From NCBI RefSeq assembly GCF_009914755.1, contig NC_060926.1: 64,000 nucleotides of DNA; one strand, 5' to 3'. Positions 58,294 to 64,000 of the stretch are shown piece by piece. The notes beneath the pieces are model-generated. The model saw nothing but the letters and a program-made list of their open reading frames with translations, did not search any database and had not been told where the DNA came from. Each line of letters begins with the position of its first letter. Position 1 is the first letter of the stretch. Both the position numbers and the translations under genes were made by a program. The stretch is from the human T2T-CHM13v2.0 reference genome, Homo sapiens.

Positions 58294-60044
58294 TATTAAA
58301 TTCATTTAGCATCTGCGACTGATTTCAGTCATGATGTATTACACTTTTTATACTTTCCTCAGTTGATGTGCTAAAATTTTGTTTAAAAGTTTTGTTTGTT
58401 TCCTCTGTTCCCTGGGGCTATTATACTACAGTATTCCTGTTACTTTGTTGTCTGGTTTTGACAACAGGTAATACAGATATTATAAAATGATTTGGGAATT
58501 ATTCTCCCCTCTTCTGTTTCTGGGTAAAATTACATAAAGTTGATATTATTTCTAACTGTAATCTTTAATGGAATTTCACCAAGGAAGATATCTGGGCCTT
58601 GAGTCTTCTTTGTGGAAAAGTTTTTACTACGATGTCTATACCTTTAATAGATGTAAGGTTATTACAGTTATTTTTTTCTCTTGGGTGACTTTTGGTATCT
58701 GGTGACATTACATCTAACTTGAATTTGTGCCTAAAGGAATGATACTTCTCTTTCATTATGATATTCAAAATTGGTCTTCTCTTTTTTTTCTCTTGATCAG
58801 TCTGACCAGAAGTGTAGTATTAATTTCACTGATCTTTTCAAAAAACCAACTTTTGGGTTGATTGATTTTTTTCCTATCGTATTTTCTTTTTCATTTTATT
58901 AATTTCTGTTCTTATCTGCATTTGTTAATTTTTCTTATTTTGAGATTAATTTTATATTTGTTTTTCTAGTTTGTAGGCAAACACTTCTAACATTGATTTG
59001 AGACTATTCTTATTCTCTAATGTAAGCCTTTATTGCTTTAAATTTCCCTCTAAAAACTGCTTTAGCTACAATCTTAAACTATTATTTTTATTTTTGGTCT
59101 TCAAAGTATTTTCTATTTTTTCTTGGGTTCTCCTTTAACCAGAAGTTGCTTTTTCATGTGAGCATTTCCCAGAAATCTTTTTGTAATTGATTTCTAGAAT
59201 AACGTTTTTGTGTTCAGACAATATACTTTGTATAAATTCAATCATTTTATAGTTATTGAGACTTGTTTTATGACCCAGAATATGGTTTATTTTGCAGAAA
59301 GTTTTGTGTACATTTGAAAAGAAGGTGTATTCTTCTGGTTTCGAAAGGAATGCACTGTAAATATCAATTTAGTAAGTGGGTTAATATTATTATCCAAGTC
59401 CTTTATATCCTATTGGTTTTCTTTGTACTTATTCTATCAATTAATGAGAAGTGTTGAAATTCCCAGCTACAATTGCAGGATTATTTCTGTTTGCATGGGA
59501 TGTAATTTGCTTATTTTTCCTTGTAGTGTTGCAAGTTTTCACTTCACGTATTTTGAAGCTCTGTTATCAGGTATATACACATTTAAGATCATTTTATCTT
59601 TTGATAAACTGACACCTTTTCATTATATAATGTTTCACTTTACCCTTAGTAATACTTTGTTTTAAAATTGACATTGTCTCATATTAATATAGGTATTTTA
59701 ATTTCTTTTTATTTGTATTTTCTAGGTTTATATTTTTCTATCATTACACATTAAATCTTGGTGTCTTTATATTTTAAGTGGGTTTCTTTTTTAAACAATA
59801 TATAAACAATATATAGTTGGGTTTTGCTTTTTTAATTCAATCTGACTTTTTACTTTTAAGTAGAATATTCACACAGTCTAAATATCTATATTAGTATAAT
59901 ATCTACATTTAGTGTACTATCAATGATTACAATTACTTTCAATTTTTCCTGCTTGCTGTGTTTCTTTGTTTCTTTGTTAAAGTTAATCAAATATTTAAGA
60001 TACCTTTTATGTTACAACTAGTTTTATAAAGTCTGTTGTATTTT

Positions 60045-60175
60045 TCTCCCAGCTTTAAGATATAATTAACAAAGTAAAATTTTATATATTTATGATCTAC
60101 AATGTAATATTTTAATATTCATACGCATTTTGAAATGATTACCACAATCAAACATACCCATCACCTCATACTTAA
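60045..60175 (-). mobile_element. L1MA (8-9-like) 3'-terminal fragment
   Basis: cccagctttaagatataattaaca...gaaatgattaccacaatcaa...cccatcacctcata. Confidence 0.7.
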
Positions 60176-60439
60176 TTTTTAATGATCCAATTTTAGTTCT
60201 ACTGTTGGTTTATTAGCTATTCCTCTTTGTTTAATTGTATAGTGGTTGCTCTGAGATTTACAATATACATCTTTAACCTGCACTTTGCTTTCAAATAGTA
60301 ATCCATATTATATGCCGCATAAGAATTTTATAGCGCATACTTCTATTTATTTAATCCTTTCTTTATGTGATTGCTGTCATGCAAATGATTTCTGCCTATC
60401 ACATATATCTCAAATACATGCTTTAAACTATAAATTATC

Positions 60440-61580
60440 TTTTAATTTTATTTTTAACTGTGGTAAAATACATATAACATAAAATGTGCCATCTTAGCCA
60501 TCTTTTAAGTGTACAGTTCAGTAGAGTTAAGGGTATTCACACTGCTTTGCAACCAATCCCCAGAACTTTTCTCATTTTTCAAATGAAATTTCTATACTCA
60601 TTAAACAGCAACTCCCCTTTCCATTCTCCTTGTGCCTCTTGACAACCACCAATCTACTTCCTATGAATTTGATTGTCCAAGGTACCTTATAGAAGTGAGG
60701 TCACACAGCATTTGTCTTTTTCTTACTGACCTAATTCACTTAGTACAATTTTCTCCCAGGTTCATTCATGGTGTAGCATGTCAGAAGTTTTTCCTTTTTT
60801 AAGGCTGAATAATCTTCCACTATAGGTATATACCTCATTTTGTTGATCCATTCATTTATCAGTGGATGCTTGGATTGCTTCTACCTTTTGGCTATTGTGA
60901 ATAATGCTGCTATGAATATGGCTGTACAGAAATATGTTCAAGAACTTACTTTTAATTTGGGGAGTATATACCCAGAAGTAGACTTGCTGAATCATGTGGT
61001 AATTCTACATTTACAGTTTTGAGGAACTGATATACTGTGTTCCATAGAGGCTGCACTATTCTACACTTCTACCAACACTGCACAAAAGTTCCAACTTCTC
61101 CAAATCCTTGTCAATACTTGTTATTTTCTTTTATTTTGACAGTAGCCAATCTAATGGGTGTGAGGTACTATCTAATTGTGTTTTTAAATTTTTATTTTCT
61201 TAATAAATAGTGATATTAAACATTTTTCCATGGTTCATTGGCCATTTGTATACTTATTTAAAGAAACGTCTATTCAACTCCTTTGCCCATTTTTTTAAAT
61301 TGGGTTGTGTAGTGTTTTGTTGATGTTGTTTTGAGTTTTAGGAGTTCTTTATATATACTGGATATTAACCCCTTATCAGAAACATGATTTGTAAATATTT
61401 TCTCCCATTCTAGGTGATGGCTTTTCAGTCAGTTGACTGTATCCTTTGAAACACAAACTTTTTTTTTATTCCAGTGTAGTCAAACTTACCTATTTTCGTT
61501 GTTGCTGTTATTGCTTGTGTTCTTGGTGTTATATCCAAGAAGTTATTGCTAAATCCATTATCTTGTAAAATATCCTTTAA
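60440..61580 (-). mobile_element. L1MB (3-4-like) 3' portion
   Basis: tgtggtaaaatacatataacataaaat...aagtgtacagttcagt 3' UTR followed by antisense ORF2 C-terminus. Confidence 0.8.
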
Positions 61581-61873
61581 AAACGTTTTCAATTGAAAAA
61601 GTGTTTTTGTGTTCCTCCACACTGTCATAATTTCGGGCTCATTTTATTTCTTTATGAGATCCAAATTTCCATCAGCTCTTTTCTTCTGCCTAAAGAACTT
61701 TCTGTAGCAATTTTTGTCATGCATGTTCCCAGGTGGTACATTTTATCAGCTTTTATTTCTTCTTATTTTTGAAAGGTATTTTCACTGGTTAAAGAATTTA
61801 GGGCCAACAGGTTTGATTGTTTTCTTTCAGTACATTATTGACACCTCTCCATTACTTCTCACATGCATAGTTT

Positions 61874-62836
61874 CTTTTAAAAAATAGCTTTATTGAAACT
61901 TAAAAAGCAGTACACACTTACACACTTAATGTATGCAATTTGATGAGTTTGGAAACCATGAAACCATCACCATCATTAATAAACATATCCATCACTTCCA
62001 GAAGTGTTAGGGGGTGTGTATGTGTGTGTGTGTGTGTAGAACTCTTAACATGGGATTTACCCTCTTAATAAATCTTTAAGTGCACAAGACAGTATTGTAA
62101 AGTATAGACACTATGTTGTACAGCTGATCTCTATAATTTAGTATGTGGATTTTCTGAAACCTTATACACATTGAATAACACCTCATTTTTCCCTTCTCCT
62201 TGTTGCTCTCAACCACCATTCTAGTTGCTGCTTCTATGTGTTTGACTATTTTAGATACCTCATATATTGTAAGTGGGATCACAGACATTTCTCTAAAGAA
62301 GACTTTCAAATAGCCAATGGGTGTACAAAAAGGTGCTCAGCATCACTATCAGGAAAATGCACATCAAAACAACGATGAAATATTATCTCATACCTGCTGG
62401 AATGCCTATTATCAAAAAACAAAAGATAAATGTTTGCAAGGATGTATAGAAACTGAAAGCCCTGTACACTGCTGGTGGAAATGAAAACTGGTGCAGCTGT
62501 TATGAAAAACAGAATAGCAGTTACTCAAAAAAGTGAATGTAGAGTTACCATATTAACTAGCAACCCCACTTCTACGTACATATCCAAAATTATTGAAATC
62601 AGGATGTCAAAGGAGTATCTGCCATGTGTAATAAACTCCCATGTTTATTGCATCACTATTCACAAAAGTAAGATATGGAAACAACCTAAATATCCATCAA
62701 TGGATAAATGGATAAAGAAAATGTGGCATATACACTTTATGGAATATGATTTAGCATTAAAAGCAAAGGTAGCCCTGTTATATTTGACAGCATGGCTGAA
62801 CCTGGAGTACATTATGCCAAGTAAAACAAGCTAGTC
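61874..62836 (-). mobile_element. L1MA10/MB1-like element with a twin-priming inversion (61874-62281 minus, 62281-62836 plus)
   Basis: orientation flips at gtgggatc|acagacatttct; TSD acatgcatagttt (61861-61873) / atatgcattgttt (62837-62849). Confidence 0.78.
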
Positions 62837-62849
62837 ATATGCATTGTTT

Positions 62850-63400
62850 ATGATAAGAAATCTGTGATAATTCTTGTATTTGCCCTCTGTAGATAACACA
62901 TCTTTTTTCCTTTGGCTTATTTTTTCTTTATTGCTGGTCTTCAACCATTTGATTAAGATATACTTTGGGGTAGTTCTATTACTTTTATTTTGTCAGAGGT
63001 CATTGAGCTTCTTGAATCTGCGAGTTTATAGTTTTTGAAAATTTAGATATTTTTAGCCATTGGTTCTTCAAATATGTGTTCTGCCTCCCTCCTTTCTATT
63101 CCTTTCCCGAGACTTCAATTACATATATCTATGAGTAATTGACAGTACCCAGTTACTTGATGGTCTGTTTATTTATTTTGGTATTTTTATAGCCTCTCCA
63201 TAATTTATTTTCAATATTTTCCATTGCTATGTCTTCAAGTTCACTAATATTTTATTATGCAATATTTAATTTGCTGTCAGTCCCAACCAGTGTATTTTTC
63301 ATGTCATATGTTGTAGTTTTATCTCTAGAATTTTCTATTTTTTCTCCCATTACTCTCTTTCTTGTGCTCATGGCTTTCCTCTGCCACCTACAAAATTAAG
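62850..63400 (-). mobile_element. ancient L1M ORF1-region fragment (continues from about 61620-61873)
   Basis: gataagaaatctg...cattgagcttcttgaatctg...gtcttcaagttcactaat. Confidence 0.65.
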
Positions 63401-63414
63401 ATATATTTATAATA

Positions 63415-63754
63415 CAGGCGTACCTCTGAGATATTGCAGCTTCAATTCAAGACCACTGCAATAAAGTGAATGTTGCAAGTCACATAATTTGATGGTTTCC
63501 CAGTTCATATAAAAGTTACCTTTACACCATACTGTCAGCTATTTTTATGCAATTATGCCAGAAAAAACATATCTTAATTTAAGAGTATCTATTGCTAAAA
63601 AATGCAGACGCAGAGATCCAAAGTGACCACATGCTCTTGGGAAAATGGAGCTGATACTAGCTCGATGCAGGGTTGCCTCAAACCTTCAATCTGTGAAAAA
63701 TGCACTATCTGTGAAGTGCAGTAGAGCAAAGTGCAATAAACCAAGGTATGCCTG
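63415..63754 (-). mobile_element. internally deleted Tigger1 (340 bp, both ends present)
   Basis: TIRs caggcgtacct / aggtatgcctg with TA on both sides (63413-63414 and 63755-63756); both Tigger1 subterminal regions present. Confidence 0.88.
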
Positions 63755-64000
63755 TAAATGTCTTGAAACTATGAAGACATTATAATAATTTTTTCAATGT
63801 CTTGGAGTGTTTTTCCTATTCCTTTTCAGGAAATTTCTCAGGCCTTATGTAGTTTTCAGTTTTCCATATTCATGTGCAGATTATAACTCAGCCAAAGACT
63901 TGGAAAGTCTTTCTGTACATCTCCAAAATTCTCTTTTTGCTTCCAGAGCTTTGCTCCTTTCACAAGGAACTCCCCCTGAAACTCCAATTTAAGTTATATT

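Larger units (their letters stand above)
56380..60045 (-). mobile_element. ancient L1M (MC/MD/ME-type) ORF2 region interrupted by MLT1C, a tRNA half and MER63
   Basis: colinear T-rich antisense ORF2 words (gagattgcattgaat, tataaaatgatttggg, gatcttttcaaaaaaccaactttt, aatttccctctaa). Confidence 0.8.

Overview
AT-rich, CpG-poor primate genomic DNA, probably human or another ape (L1PA3-like, AluS and THE1A elements are present). I found no recognisable host protein-coding exon. Every ORF with a recognisable product is LINE-1 ORF1/ORF2, and the other long ORFs overlap Alu, THE1 or other repeats or look like chance frames. The window is a nested transposon graveyard. It holds two same-strand L1PA3-like copies (5.0-8.3 kb and 18.4-23.7 kb), an LTR16/ERVL remnant, and an old L1M1-type host interrupted by a twin-primed L1PA7 and a complete THE1A. 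It also holds a full-length L1PA15/16, four Alus, MLT1 LTRs, MER63, a Tigger1 derivative and older L1M/L2/MIR fragments. The best non-routine signals are: (1) the two L1PA3-like copies share many non-consensus substitutions; (2) a self-templated, partly duplicated inverted insertion and a double-hairpin insertion inside the L1PA15/16; (3) a 37-nt tailless 5'-half tRNA-Leu(TAA) retrocopy with a TSD; (4) a THE1A 3' LTR that carries PRDM9-core and DUX4 motifs its 5' LTR lacks. Subfamily calls rest on consensus sequences recalled from memory and need RepeatMasker/Dfam confirmation. I cannot support a claim of a new multi-gene system here.
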